Part shown: positions 1-13,444 of the stretch, piece by piece
Layout: each line of letters starts with the position of its first letter
Position numbering within the stretch: position 1 is the first letter of the stretch
From: Macrostomum lignano
Lineage: Eukaryota
DNA: 64,000 nt
Reading direction: 5' to 3'
NCBI GenBank assembly: GCA_002269645.1
Contig: NIVC01002886.1
Coordinates: 18,309-82,308 of the forward strand
The notes under the pieces: model-generated
The model's database searches: none
Seen by the model: only the letters and a program-made list of their open reading frames with translations
Told to the model about the DNA's origin: nothing
Program-made: the position numbers and the translations under genes

Positions 1-218
1 ACCCTTATATGGTATCTGATATATTGGTTTAAAACAATTTACTTAATTGCGTAATTTTGTTCTTCATACTGTTAATCAATGTTATGGCTATTAGATTCAA
101 AAAACGAATACATGCATAGTGTACATAGAAGTTACAAATTTAGAGCGGGGAGGATTTTAATAGGCATACATAAGTCATGTCATCGACAGTGTGCCAGCCG
201 TTAATTGACATACCGCAC

Positions 219-518
219 TCAAAAGTGCGTTATTGGCTCGGTCTGCAGGCCCGTCAGCTCTGGCTCCGGCTTTTCGCCCTTCTCAGTTGGCAACGGTTGG
301 AACACGCGCAGGTGAATGAACTCCGAGTCGCCAATGCGCACCTTGGCAAAATAATTGGTGCCAGCAACTACCTGGCTGGCGAGCAGAACCGGTTCGAACT
401 GGTCCACGGATCGGCCAAGGCGGCTCTTGACCTCGGCTTGCATGGCTGTTAGTAGAGTAACTTCCTCCTTTGTAGGCTTCCTTGGTTCGCTAACTCCACC
501 GCTGAGTTGTGTGGCCAT
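219..518 (-). CDS. Type-1 cystatin (stefin / cystatin A/B-like) cysteine protease inhibitor, 99 aa, single coding exon
   Basis: N-terminal GG (LSGG), canonical QVVAG loop (SQVVAGTNYFAKV), HLRVFQPLP second loop and no signal peptide: the stefin pattern. ATTAAA lies downstream on the - strand (~156-161). Confidence 0.93.
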   Translation of the reverse strand: MATQLSGGVSEPRKPTKEEVTLLTAMQAEVKSRLGRSVDQFEPVLLASQVVAGTNYFAKVRIGDSEFIHLRVFQPLPTEKGEKPEPELTGLQTEPITHF

Positions 519-1404
519 TTTTTCAGTGGCTGGGGATCAGGAACTGCATCAAAAGGCAATGGAGTCGATGTATACAGTTTACAATACAAGAATCTGAATC
601 GACACACTGCACACATTTAGAGCCATACAAAATGAGGCTAAAATTTCTCCTGATCACCAGTTTTTTTGGAACATCAGTTGCGTAAACTGATGTCTCATTT
701 GATGGGTCTTAGTTCATCAACATGAAAATTATCTGCTGCTATTGACGCAACTTACCTTAATGCTGGGCGTCAAGAATTCAAATCAGCTGGCCGTTCCGCA
801 GTGACTTCAATTGCTAATCTATTAAGTTGCTTTATATTTATACAGAACTTTCATGTCCGTCAGTGTGGGCGAATGGAGCCAGTTGAAATTTCGATTGAAA
901 TCAGCATGTCTTGACTGAATGCTGCTGCGACTAAGCCTACAAGTAAGAATTCAGCTATTAGCACACAGCTACATTGATCTGTCACAGCATCTCAGTGTCA
1001 ATGCAAGCTGCAGTGCTACTGTAATTTCTCTTTCAAAGCTTCGCGGGGTTAAACGCTGCCTGACCCCAAATTAGGTAAAATTGACGTGTTGATATCAGAG
1101 GTTGCAATTTCCGGTTAGTTGGAAAGGATAGAAAATTGCAAGCTAATAAAGTTAATCAGTGTTTACGGATGCGATTGGGTTTTTTTCTGGCATATTCGAC
1201 TTCCAAGAAATGCTAAAGTCACACTTTCCTGGCTGATGCCTGAATCAGCGAATACCTGAGGCAATTCAGTTAACAGACGCGTTTGATTTGAACTCTTTTT
1301 TTAATGGGTTTTTGATTAAAGGAAAATTCGCCTTTTGGTGATTAACAACTTGAGGATCTTGGACGCACAAATTAGTGGTAAACAGCTTGGGTCAAAGCAA
1401 AGGG

Positions 1405-1928
<524 letters not shown>

Positions 1929-2376
1929 ACTAAAATGCTGTCCTTTTATCCAACATCTTTATTTTCTCATGCTGACTGCAGTGCAGTTTCAGGCAGCATA
2001 ATAATAATATGTAAGCCGGTTTGGCACTTCACACTGCACCGATGGACAGAAAAAATCGCATGCAGCGGAGCCGACTGAAATCGATACTCAGACACATCTA
2101 CAAGACAGAACACGGGCAAGAAAGACAGGCAAGGCGAGAAACGAGCATATCAAGCGTTATTGAAGAAAATTTTGTCATTTCCCTGATTCCCGTTGTGTTT
2201 ATTCGTCAGGGCAGTCGTGAATACAGTATCCTGTAGGATGCTGCAGTGCAGCACCGTGTGAGCCAGACGAAGCCGAATCCGTCTGATTAGGATGTACAGG
2301 AAAGCCTAGCATTGGATAAAAAACTCATGCCCTTTGCTTCGCTGAATTCTACGTAAAACAAAGTGCAACTGGTCCG

Positions 2377-4167
2377 TACACACAATCCCAACCAACTTTA
2401 TTACCCAATGACCCACAATCCCAACCAACTTTATTACCCAATGTACGCACAATCCCAACCAACTTTATTACCCAATGTACGCACAATCCCAACCAACTTT
2501 ATTACCCAATGTACGCACAATCCCAACCAACTTTATTACCCAATGTACCCACAATCCCAAACAATTTTATTACCCAATGTACCCACAATCCCAAACAACT
2601 TTATTACCCAATGTACGCACAATCCCAACCAACTTTATTATCCAATGTACACACAACCCCAACCAACTTTATTACCCAATGACCCACAATCCCAAACAAC
2701 TTTATTACCCAATGTACCCACAATCCCAAACAACTTTATTACCCAATGTACGCACAATCCCAAACAACTTTATTACCCAATGTACGCACAATCCCAACCA
2801 ACTTTATTATCCAATGTACACACAACCCCAACCAACTTTATTACCCAATGACCCACAATCCCAAACAACTTTATTACCCAATGTACCCACAATCCCAAAC
2901 AACTTTATTATCCAATGTACCCACAATCCCAAACAACTTTATTACCCAATGTACGCACAATCCCAACCAACTTTATTATCCAATGTACACACAACCCCAA
3001 CCAACTTTATTACCCAATGACCCACAATCCCAAACAACTTTATTACCCAATGTACCCACAATCCCAAACAACTTTATTTTCCCTATGTACCCACAATCCC
3101 AAACAACTTTATTACCCAATGTACGCACACAATCCCAACGAACTTTATTACCCAATGTACGCACAATCCCAACGAACTTTATTACCCAATGTACGCACAA
3201 TCCCAACGAACTTTATTACCCAATGTACGCACAATCCCAACGAACTTTATTACCCAACGTACGCACAATCCCAACGAACTTTATTACCCAATGTACGCAC
3301 AATCCCAACGAACTTTATTACCCAATGTACGCACACAATCCCAACGAACTTTATTACCCAATGTACGCACACAATCCCAACGAACTTTATTACCCAATGT
3401 ACGCACACAATCCCAACGAACTTTATTACCCAATGTACGCACACAATCCCAACCAACTTTATTACCCAATGTACCCACAATCCCAACGAACTTTATTACC
3501 CAATGTACGCACAATCCCAACGAACTTTATTACCCAATGTACGCACACAATCCCAACCAACTTTATTACCCAATGTACGCACACAATCCCAACGAACTTT
3601 ATTACCCAATGTACGCACACAATCCCAACCAACTTTATTACCCAATGTAAGCACACAATCCCAACCAACTTTATTACCCAATGTACGCACAGAAACCCCA
3701 ACCAACTTTATTACCCAATGTACGCACAGAAACCCCAACCAACTTTATTACCCAATGTACGCACAGAAACCCCAACCAACTTTATTACCCAATGTACGCA
3801 CAGAAACCCCAACCAACTTTATTACCCAATGTACGCACACAAACCCCAACCAACTTTATTACCCAATGTACGCACAGAAACCCCAACCAACTTTATTACC
3901 CAATGTACGCACAGAAACCCCAACCAACTTTATTACCCAATGTACGCACAGAAACCCCAACCAACTTTATTACCCAATGTACGCACAGAAACCCCAACCA
4001 ACTTTATTACCCAATGTACGCACAGAAACCCCAACCAACTTTATTACCCAATGTACGCACAGAAACCCCAACCAACTTTATTACCCAATGTACGCACAGA
4101 AACCCCAACCAACTTTATTACCCAATGTACGCACAGAAACCCCAACCAACTTTATTACCCAATGTAA
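2377..4167. repeat. Minisatellite, ~29-37-bp unit (AATCCCAACCAACTTTATTACCCAATGTACGCAC)
   Basis: Unit variants change in blocks along the array. Confidence 0.97.
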
Positions 4168-4495
4168 GCAAAGATTTTGCCCGCAACCAATCATGTGCTG
4201 CAATGTGCTGCAATGTGCTGCTGTGTGCTGCTGGTATACTTTACGCATTAAAAATCGACCAAACTCCTTACCACTGAAGCACACAAAAAATTGGATGTAC
4301 AATTTACACTCGAACTCTAGACTGCTAACAATGTACTCCAGTCCTTACATTTCACCCCATATCTAATATTCATGCTCATGCATAGATCATGCTACCCTCA
4401 TGATGAAGGTTCTTGGAATCTAGTTCTGCATTTTATTATCTTTGGATTTAATTTTCCGTGACCGCCAGCCAGGACTTGTTTTGAAAAGATTGAAA

Positions 4496-4575
4496 GAGCA
4501 TAGCAACTCAGGAGCATAGCAACTCAGGAGCAGAGCAACTCAGGAGCATAGCAACTCAGGAGCAGAGCAACTCAG
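4496..4575. repeat. 16-bp tandem repeat x5 (GAGCA(T/G)AGCAACTCAG)
   Basis: Direct inspection. Confidence 0.95.
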
Positions 4576-5460
4576 GAAATTAATTCGCTAATGGGTCACG
4601 CTTCAATGTGGGCGTGAGGATTTTCAGTTTTTTATTAATAAAATATACATAATCTTGGAGATCCGCGTCCAATTTGAGCCACTTCTAGGCCCCGTTTTTT
4701 CTCACAACTCCTTCCTTTTATCGCTTCCCAACTTTCTCGGGGAAAAATAATAATTTTAATAGCAGCTGGCGGCCCAAGCTAGTCCTGAACAGATTTATAA
4801 TGAACAGCAGCGGGTGGGGGCAATGAATCTTGATCAGCCCAAACCGAAGGGGATATTTCTTTGCAAGGCAATTTCCAATCTTATGCAGACCTGCTCGTAT
4901 ATTTGATGAAGCGCAGGTGAGCGCCAAGGCTAACAATATGGTGGCATAATCTGTCATTTTGCACCGGGCCACTTGCAGTATATATAGTCTGGCTTTTAAT
5001 TTCTTGCCTGCATGGCTTATTCAAACTTTTTTCTTCTCTTCTCTCTTCTCTTTAATAGACATTCAGCTGTAAACAGAGGAGATTATAGGACCGAAACGAC
5101 CGCCATTGGGCTGTAGTGGTAGGCTCTGCCTGCTTTCTCCTCTAACTCTCATTTATTCTGCAGTGCTTCTGTCGTTGCGCCAGTGATTGATAATCTGCTT
5201 CCTGCTGCTATACTAGGGGGTAGCGTGCTAATTTTACTTCATCATGAGCTAATTTTTTACGACCGGGAATGCCCGGAGAATGGAGTCGAGAAAATTCAAA
5301 AGCAGCTGCTAGCTGTGGAAGCGGGGTTGGTTTCAGTGTTTATTTTTATATGGTTATATAAAAAATGTTTTGATTTAGCAAAGTTTCAGGTAAAAGTTTG
5401 ATTGAACAGTCAGTGTTGCAGGTCAAATCAATGTAATGCATGTTTTAGAATATTAGACAC

Positions 5461-5716
5461 ACGACTTGGAGGTCGGTGGTTCGATTCCCGATCCTACTCG
5501 AAACAATTTGTGTCCTTGAGCAAGACACTTTACTCTGCATTGCTTCAGTTCACCCAGCTGTAAAATGGGTGCCAGCATTAGCTGGGGTAATTGAGGGTGT
5601 GTGTGGCGACCGCCCAGTCCTTGGACTGAACAGCCGTACGCAGCCTTCAGATGCGCCGCGCAAATAGCTGCGGCTGAGCTGTCGGTTGCACATCTGGCCT
5701 AGTTGGAGAAGGTGTA
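5461..5716 (+). mobile_element. tRNA-derived CORE-type SINE, copy 1 (5'-truncated)
   Basis: B box GGTTCGATTCC, CORE-like GTGTCCTTGAGCAAGACAC...CTGTAAAATGGG, conserved GC-rich 3' domain, AT-rich tail. Confidence 0.85.
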
Positions 5717-6120
5717 TTATTATATTATGATTAGAATATGCATATATTCTACATGCTAAATAGAAAATAATGACTACAGCAGCAAGCACAGAGATATTTT
5801 TCCCAAAAATCGTTTTGATGCATTTACAAATAGAGTCAGGCTATCGGATCCGCCAGTTTGATCCGCCCCCCCTCTCCCCTGGTTGTCAGGGAGTCAGACA
5901 ATCGTAGAACGCAGATGGAAGGAGGAATAGAAAAAAGCAGTAGTACTCGTAGTTGTTTCAACAAAAAGAGACAATCCAGACCTTGTTGGCAGCTGCAGCA
6001 GCTGCGAGCCGAGCTGTGTAAGCTGGAGGCACGCGTGGTAGAAAGAGGATTTAAAAGCTATTAGCTAATCACCCTGTTTTTCTGCATGGCTGAACTCCAA
6101 ACTGCCTGTTCCTGTTGCGA

Positions 6121-6365
6121 TTAACCCTCTGTCTTTCCGGGAAATACGTATAATAGGCTTCGTTTCGAATTCAACTGGGTGGCTGGTCCGATGAGAATAA
6201 CTCGAACTATTTATCCACTGCGTTAATTATAGGCACATTATCATCCAATCTGAGGAAGTTGAAACTTTCACCTGTGGAACCTCACTGGCACATTAGGTGT
6301 ATTCACGTGAAACTGCATCGGACCGTGAACTGGGAAATGCGTGAATTTCGGGAAAGACAGGGAGG
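6121..6365. mobile_element. Possible degenerate inverted-repeat element (piggyBac-like left end)
   Basis: Starts TTAA-CCCT. Imperfect ~20-bp inverted repeat (CTGTCTTTCCGGGAAAT / ATTTCGGGAAAGACAG) plus an inner GGTCCGATG/CATCGGACC pair. No right-hand TTAA. Confidence 0.3.
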
Positions 6366-6577
6366 AGTGGACAAGCCAAAGGGCCGAATTTATTTCAGAT
6401 GTGCTATCCATTTTCAGTAATTATACATGCACCTGTTAGGTAAGGGTCACTTAACAGTATCTTCCTCGCTTCTGATATTTCTGATACTCATTTTTAAGCA
6501 CGCATTAGCTGATAGAAAATTCAATTTCGCTCCCTCTGCCTCCTCCCAGGCTCGTCACTCCATCCTCCTTACATCAT

Positions 6578-7337
6578 AGTGTACGTAGGTCGTTTCTTTC
6601 CTTTCCATTGACACACCACCCGCTGGCACCCGCTTTCTCACTGTACAGTGTACATAGGTTCTTTATTTCCTTTCCATTGACACACCACCCCACTCCGCTT
6701 TCTCACTGTACAGTGTACATAGGTTCTTTATTTCCTTTCCATTGACACACCACCCCACTCCGCTTTCTCACTGTACAGTGTACATAGGTTGTTTATTTCC
6801 TTTCCATTGACACACCACCCCACTCCGCTTTCTCACTGTACAGTGTACATAGGCCACTTATTTCTTTTCCATTGACACACCACCCCACTCCGCTTTCTCA
6901 CTGTACAGTGTACATAGGTTGTTTATTTCCTTTCCATTGACACACCACCCCACTCCGCTTTCTCACTGTACAGTGTACATAGGTTGTTTATTTCCTTTCC
7001 ATTGACACACCACCCCACTCCGCTTTCTCACTGTACAGTGTACATAGGCCACTTATTTCTTTTCCATTGACACACCACCCCACTCCGCTTTCTCACTGTA
7101 CAGTGTACATAGGTTCTTTATTTCCTTTCCATTGACACACCACCCGCTGGCACCCGCTTTCTCACTGTACAGTGTACATAGGTTTTTTATTTCCTTTCCA
7201 TTGACACACCACCCCACTCCGCTTTCTCACTGTACAGTGTACATAGGTTGTTTATTTCCTTTCCATTGACACACCACCCCACTCCGCTTTCTCACTGTAC
7301 AGTGTACATAGGCCGCTTATTTCTTTTCCATTGACAC
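6578..7337. repeat. 65-bp minisatellite containing ACTGTACAGTGTACA
   Basis: Period of 65 (e.g. 6640 to 6705); ~11 units. Confidence 0.96.
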
Positions 7338-8522
7338 CATTGTCTACTGTAGGGCGTATGCCGATTATTAACAGATAGTCCAATAGACGTGTCTAAGCTG
7401 ACACCTAAATTTACAAAAATCAGACAAAATGGAAAAAATGTATTCAATAATGAAATTCTAAAAATAAGTGCATTAAATCGTCAATACGAGTAAAACTCAA
7501 ACTCAAAGCATTGTTCGCCAGACATGATTATTATTGGGTGTGAAACTGTACTATGACCCAGTGTATATTCCCACTGTATATTCTCAAAGCGTTAAAAAGG
7601 CTCAACTAAAAGTCCTAGGCAGATGGGATGGCGACAAGTTACTTTTATTAATATTCCAAGACTACTATTCCCCAGCAGACACAGGACACAGGGAGATTAC
7701 GAGTTGAAAGATTAGGGAATAAACTTTGTTTTACTCATAGTCCGCCGTAAAATTGATTGAAGAATAATAATCCGCGCAATCTGCCTGCCGGTTTTGGAAA
7801 ATGAATTTAGTCAAGAGCTCCCCGACCCATCCAAGCGGTTAGGAAGACTTCCGTCTTCAAAGGTCTAAAGGTCTGGGGGGGGAGCTGCGGGAAAGCTAGA
7901 GCAAAGAGATGTTGCGTGTCTCAATGGTCTAGTTAGTTAAAGTCAATTAGCCGCTATTGAGGACCCCTGACGAAAATACTGCACATATCTTTAGTCCTGT
8001 GTGGGAGGTTGGAAGCCGAAACTATGCCAAAAGTTCCATATTTTGAAAATCACTTTGGATCCGATTCTATTCCTCATCAAGCACTGAGGCCGTCTGTTCT
8101 ATCTTGGGGACATGTTGTAAAAAAATCCTTCTAAAGGAGATTAAAGAAGAAGACAAAGAGAAGCCGAGTCAAAGCAAAGAGCGAGGATATTCCGAGACGG
8201 TCGCACTTCCGCTGCCCCAGAGTGTAGGGACAATCTCCATCTACTTATACCCCTGATTAGATCCGCAGTTCTTCTTGGGTTCCTGGAGTTCTCGAATGTG
8301 GCAAGTCCTGGGCGAGTCCGAAATCGAATAATACGCCAATTCCCTGGGCGGCTCCTCAAAGGCTCGAATGGAATGAACGCCTGTCCAGTGCATGCAGAAG
8401 AAATGTATGACAGTTCTTTTAGATAATACTATATACACAGTTGAGCCCTATCAGTGCGTTTCACGAATGATTGTTGCTTGTACATACAAGCTAGTAAAAG
8501 TGCAATTGTACAAGCTGCAAAA

Positions 8523-9119
8523 CAACAACAACAACAACAACAGAATACGTAGTTAGCGTCACAGGGCGCGCTTCAAGGCCGGGTCGCGAATGAACGCCAC
8601 GCCGCCGGCCGAATCCGGGGCGCTGGCGTTAGCCAGCAGGCAGTCGACGAAACGCCGAGTGCGCGCCTGCCCTCGCCGGTAGAGTGCCTGCAGCGTTAGC
8701 AGCAGCACCTCCTGCACCGGCTGTGGGCAGTACGACTTGGCGCGGATGATGTGGCCTGCCAGCTGGAGTCGCCGACGGCGCAACAGGTCGCTTGGACGGA
8801 CCAGGTGATACAAAGCCGGGTTGGTCACTCGCTCGTAGCCGATCTTGAAGGCGGCGCGCAGCAGGCTAGCATGCACCGCATCAACTTTTTGCTCGAGCGA
8901 CTCCGTCAGCGTCCAGGTCTCGGCGTTGTACAGCAGGACGGTCTCGATCACCGCCTGGAACAACGCCGGCGCCGCCCTCTGGCGGTCAGGTAAGGCCTCG
9001 GACTGCAGGACTGCCCTCACAGAACGAAAGGCAGCCCAGGCAAGCCCGCGGCGACGCCGCAAATCCTCGCGGACGCCGGGAACCAGACCGCCGAGGTAGA
9101 CGAACTGCTGACAACGCGG
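8523..9119 (-). mobile_element. 5'-truncated non-LTR retrotransposon (RTE/RTEX group), 3' end of the RT ORF
   Basis: Translation contains FVYLG, LAWAAF, VLLYNAETWTLT and RRRRLQLAGHIIR, the RTE-type thumb/C-terminal region. It ends in a (TTG)n tail. Flanks are AAGCTGCAAAA (8512-8522) and AAGCTGTAAAA (9120-9130), an 11-bp TSD with one mismatch. Confidence 0.9.
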
Positions 9120-9667
9120 AAGCTGTAAAAAGAACGATTGTAACCACGAGGCATGTGGAGCTGTAGGCATGTGGATGATGTGGCGGGCCAGCTGGAGTGC
9201 TACAGCTGGTCGCTTGAACTGATCAGGCGATTGATCAGGACTGAGTATGCGTCACACTACCCAGAAGATAAAATTATTTCTAATACATTCTAGAGCGCGA
9301 AACAAATGTCTGTCCTAGTAAGCACTAGCGCATTTAATTCGGCGAAGAACAATAGTGGAAAATGTGGCGTCTGCTTGCTCACTGTCAATAAGAACAGAGA
9401 GAGACAAGTGCTGGCGTACTTGCTTTGCAAATACTCGAATTAGGAATCTTACTCCGCGCAAGGGAGAAACAGATAGCATCCGACGTGTCGTATTATCAGA
9501 GCTGCAAAAACCTCCATAAGTGCAACTCAATGCACTCATCTAGAACCCTTTGCACGCAGAAACAATGGGTCTACATACTTCCCACAGCCCTTTTTCTCTT
9601 TAAATAACTTAAGAACTCATTTCTTCCTGCTTGCGAAGCTGATGCTGCAATCCTTATCTAACCCTTG

Positions 9668-10480
9668 TCTCCAATTGTGTCGATAGCCTAACAATCTCAC
9701 CACCCTAATCTACTCCTTTCCTCCAGTTGTGTCTATGGCCTGACTCTCACCACCCTAATCTACTCCTTTCCTCCAGTTGTGTCTATGGCCTGACTCTCAC
9801 CACCCTAATCTACTCCTTTCCTCCAGTTGTGTCTATGGCCTGACTCTCACCACCCTGATCTACTCCTTCCCTCCAGTTGTGTCTATGGCCTGACTCTCAT
9901 CACCCTGATCTACTCCTTCCCTCCAGTTGTGTCTATGGCCTGACTCTCACCACCCTAATCTACTCCTTTCCTCCAGTTGTGTCTATGGCCTGACTCTCAC
10001 CACCCTGATCTACTCCTTCCCTCCAGTTGTGTCTATGGCCTGACTCTCATCACCCTGATCTACTCCTTCCCTCCAGTTGTGTCTATGGCCTGACTCTCAC
10101 CATCTCAATCTACTCCTTCCCTCCAGTTGTGTCTATGGCCTGACTCTCACCACCCTGATCTACTCCTTCCCTCCAGTTGTGTCTATGGCCTGACTCTCAC
10201 CACCCTGATCTACTCCTTCCCTCCAGTTGTGTCTATGGCCTGACTCTCACCACCCTGATCTACTCCTTCCCTCCAGTTGTGTCTATGGCCTGACTCTCAC
10301 CACCCTGATCTACTCCTTCCCTCCAGTTGTGTCTATGGCCTGACTCTCACCACCCTGATCTACTCCTTCCCTCCAGTTGTGTCTATGGCCTGACTCTCAC
10401 CACCCTGATCTACTCCTTCCCTCCAGTTGTGTCTATGGCCTGACTCTCACCATCTCAATCTACTCCTTCCCTCCAGTTGT
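9668..10480. repeat. 50-bp minisatellite
   Basis: Unit CTCCAGTTGTGTCTATGGCCTGACTCTCACCACCCT(A/G)ATCTACTCCTT(T/C)C; ~16 units. Confidence 0.96.
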
Positions 10481-11177
10481 GACAAAATTTGCTAGCATTC
10501 GAAAGGTCATTAAGGTCAGCTCGCAGACAAACCAACAAACCAGTTGCTTTTTAGCGCTTGGGGAATGGAACTAAATGTTTACTATGCCTTAATGATCAGA
10601 GTTTAAATCACTACAAAGTGCGTTATTCACGCGACGATATCATTTTTATATTTTTGTACTTATTAAGGTTTAAAAAACCTTGTAATTTCGTGTTTACAAT
10701 AGATTAATCGGGTATTACGTATTTTCAATACTGGTTGGTAATATATGGGAGTTTTTTTATGTTCTCAGCACACTGGTATTTTACAAGCAAAATAGTTTTG
10801 CCGATTCTTTCTACTCAGTAGGCAAATCTTCCGTCTCGAAATCAGTCTCTATGCGCCGCGTGCTGCAGAATACGGACTGGCGGATTAACCCCGCTATCTG
10901 GCAGTCTGCGACCCGCGCACCTGACGTTATTTAATGCCGCTAATCCCACTTGTCAGCCGGTCCGACGCCCTCGCCTACTTCCAAATGAAATTTAGAAATT
11001 GATTTTTTGTCGAGTCAGCGACTGTGAAATCAGACTCGGGTCAGGTTGAGCCAGAAAAGCTTCTTTGAGCGTCAACGGGAGGCCACTCGAATAGGTGCGT
11101 TGTCTCAATTATTCCCCATCCCTGAGAGGCCGCCCAATCCCAAAGCGCTGGCAACCCATCCAGGCTTGACAATCCTT

Positions 11178-11225
11178 ATTGGTTGTGCCTTGAAGCCAGC
11201 CCCTCTCGCCTCTGTGGGTATAAAA
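11178..11225 (+). promoter_or_regulatory. Putative core promoter of the neuropeptide gene (reverse CCAAT plus TATAAAA)
   Basis: ATTGG at ~11178-11182 and TATAAAA at 11219-11225, ~110 nt upstream of the ATG. Motif match only. Confidence 0.4.
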
Positions 11226-11331
11226 CAGATCGACTTGGCTGCAATCCGACCCCCTCTTCGCTAGATCATCAGTCCCCTATATCCCCTAACGCACAGACTC
11301 ATCCCGTAGAGACTCGACCTCGGCAGCAAAA

Positions 11332-12142
11332 ATGCAATGCAGCGTTCTGGCGCCAATGCTGGCGCTTCTGATGGCGGCGCTTATCTGTGCATCGTCCACT
11401 CGAGCTGACGTGAGTCACTTCTGACCTCTCACTTTTGTCTTTAATATTCTTACCAGTGAATGCCAAGTTGCACCGGTTCGATACTGCCTGATCACCTTTG
11501 TAGTCGCTTCATCACCACGGTGCGTCAGACCAGGAGCTTCAAGATCAAACCGAAAAGAGGGCCTACTTTGATCCGATGGGATACGGCAAGAGGGCCTACT
11601 TCGATCCCATGGGATCCGGCAAGAAGAAGAGGGCCTACTTCGATCCCATGGGATACGGCAAGAAGAAGAGGGCCTACTTCGATCCCATGGGATACGGCAA
11701 GAAGAAGAGGGCCTACTTCGATCCCATGGGATACGGCAAGAAGAAGAGGGCCTACTTCGATCCCATGGGATACGGCAAGAAGAAGAGGGCCTACTTCGAT
11801 CCCATGGGATACGGCAAGAAGAAGAGGGCCTACTTCGATCCCATGGGATACGGCAAGAAGAAGAGGGCCTACTTCGATCCCATGGGATACGGCAAGAAGA
11901 AGAGGGCCTACTTCGATCCCATGGGATACGGCAAGAAGAAGAGGGCCTACTTCGATCCCATGGGATACGGCAAGAAGAAGAGGGCCTACTTCGATCCCAT
12001 GGGATACGGCAAGAAGAAGAGGGCCTACTTCGATCCCATGGGATACGGAAAGAAGAAGAGGGCCTACTTCGATCCCATGGGATACGGCAAGAAGAAGAGG
12101 GCCTACTTTGATCCCATGGGATATGGCAAGCGCAGTACTTAG
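11332..12142 (+). CDS. Neuropeptide precursor (238 aa) encoding 14x AYFDPMGY-amide and 1x AYFDPMGS-amide; exons 11332-11409 and 11504-12142
   Basis: Exon 1 is MQCSVLAPMLALLMAALICASSTRAD (hydrophobic signal peptide) and ends gac|GTGAGT. A 94-nt phase-0 intron ends ctttgtAG. Exon 2 reads SLHHHGASDQELQDQTE-KR, then 15 peptides, each ending in Gly (amide donor) and flanked by KR or KKKR convertase sites; stop TAG at 12140-12142. Confidence 0.93.
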
Positions 12143-13074
12143 CAAAATCATCATTTGAGACAGCAAATTTGAATTTATTCAGCTTGTCAACCAACAAATA
12201 CAAAAATGTCCAGATATTGACTTCGTCCTTGAAACTGTTAGAAGCGAGGAGCGACGAGCCGTGAAAGACTCTGACTCGTCTTTGTTTCTGGCTCAACAAA
12301 GACTTCTCTAAGTTGCGCCACAGTTTTCTAGCTCTTTGTTCAGAGTGTATTAAACCAATGAAAGATTTCGAAATATAAAAAACAACAAGGCACTTTTATG
12401 TAGCACAAATAAGCCTTGATGGCTTGGTCCTCAAGTGTGCACTGTAAAAATGCAATTAAGGATTCAGTTAGTTAATCATGGCATTGATGTCGTTTGCATA
12501 TGCCTGACGATTAGAAAGTTAGATTAACATTCTATGCTACTCAAGACCAGTAGTATTTCAACAACTGTGTTAAAAGTATCGACAAGAAGCTTATCTCGTA
12601 TTAATATTTTACTGAGCAGCATCAGAGATTCACAAGTAACCAAATCTTGCACGAAAAAGCAGAAAGTCGTTCCGTTTCGAAGATTTTTTGAAGAAACTTG
12701 ATGAAGCCAAATCTGTAGCAATTTCTTGACTTGAAATCGCTTTCAACTTTTCTTCTTTGGCTTTGTCTTTTCTGTGCGTCTTTCTGCCAGCTGCACGAAG
12801 TGTTTTCGCCTTTGTGTCCTCAGTTGACGTCGCCCTTTCTGGGTACATCTTTAGGCAATCCTGGCATTATGGGTATTAAAGGCTTAGAGTGGGCTGAAAC
12901 ACGCCAGTTTGTCTCTAAGGTGCGGAACAGAGAGGCTAAACAGGATTACCTATTGCCAATCAAAATGATTGACACTTCCCTGCGTGTCTGACAGTAACCT
13001 GGCGGACAACTGCTTGAAGTGCGATGGTTCATTAATCCAGAAATTAATGAATTTCTCTCTAGTTTTAGTTCCTC

Positions 13075-13444
<370 letters not shown>

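Noticed and set aside
7961-8045. Hammerhead-like CTGACGA...CGAAAC (7967-8022), suggestive of a Penelope-type ribozyme
   Set aside because: Stem II cannot close (A opposite C), stem I has no partner, and no Penelope ORF was recognisable. An Infernal search would settle it.
9165-9225. Second RTE-like fragment next to the LINE
   Set aside because: It is a short degraded echo of 8744-8790, too small to call as an independent element.
11415-12299. Alternative-frame and antisense ORFs over the neuropeptide repeat (RIPWDRSRPSSS, SHGIEVGPLLLA, RRGPTSIPWDTA)
   Set aside because: They are by-products of a 39-bp stop-free unit. Only the AYFDPMGYG-KKKR frame has a signal peptide, splice sites and processing logic.
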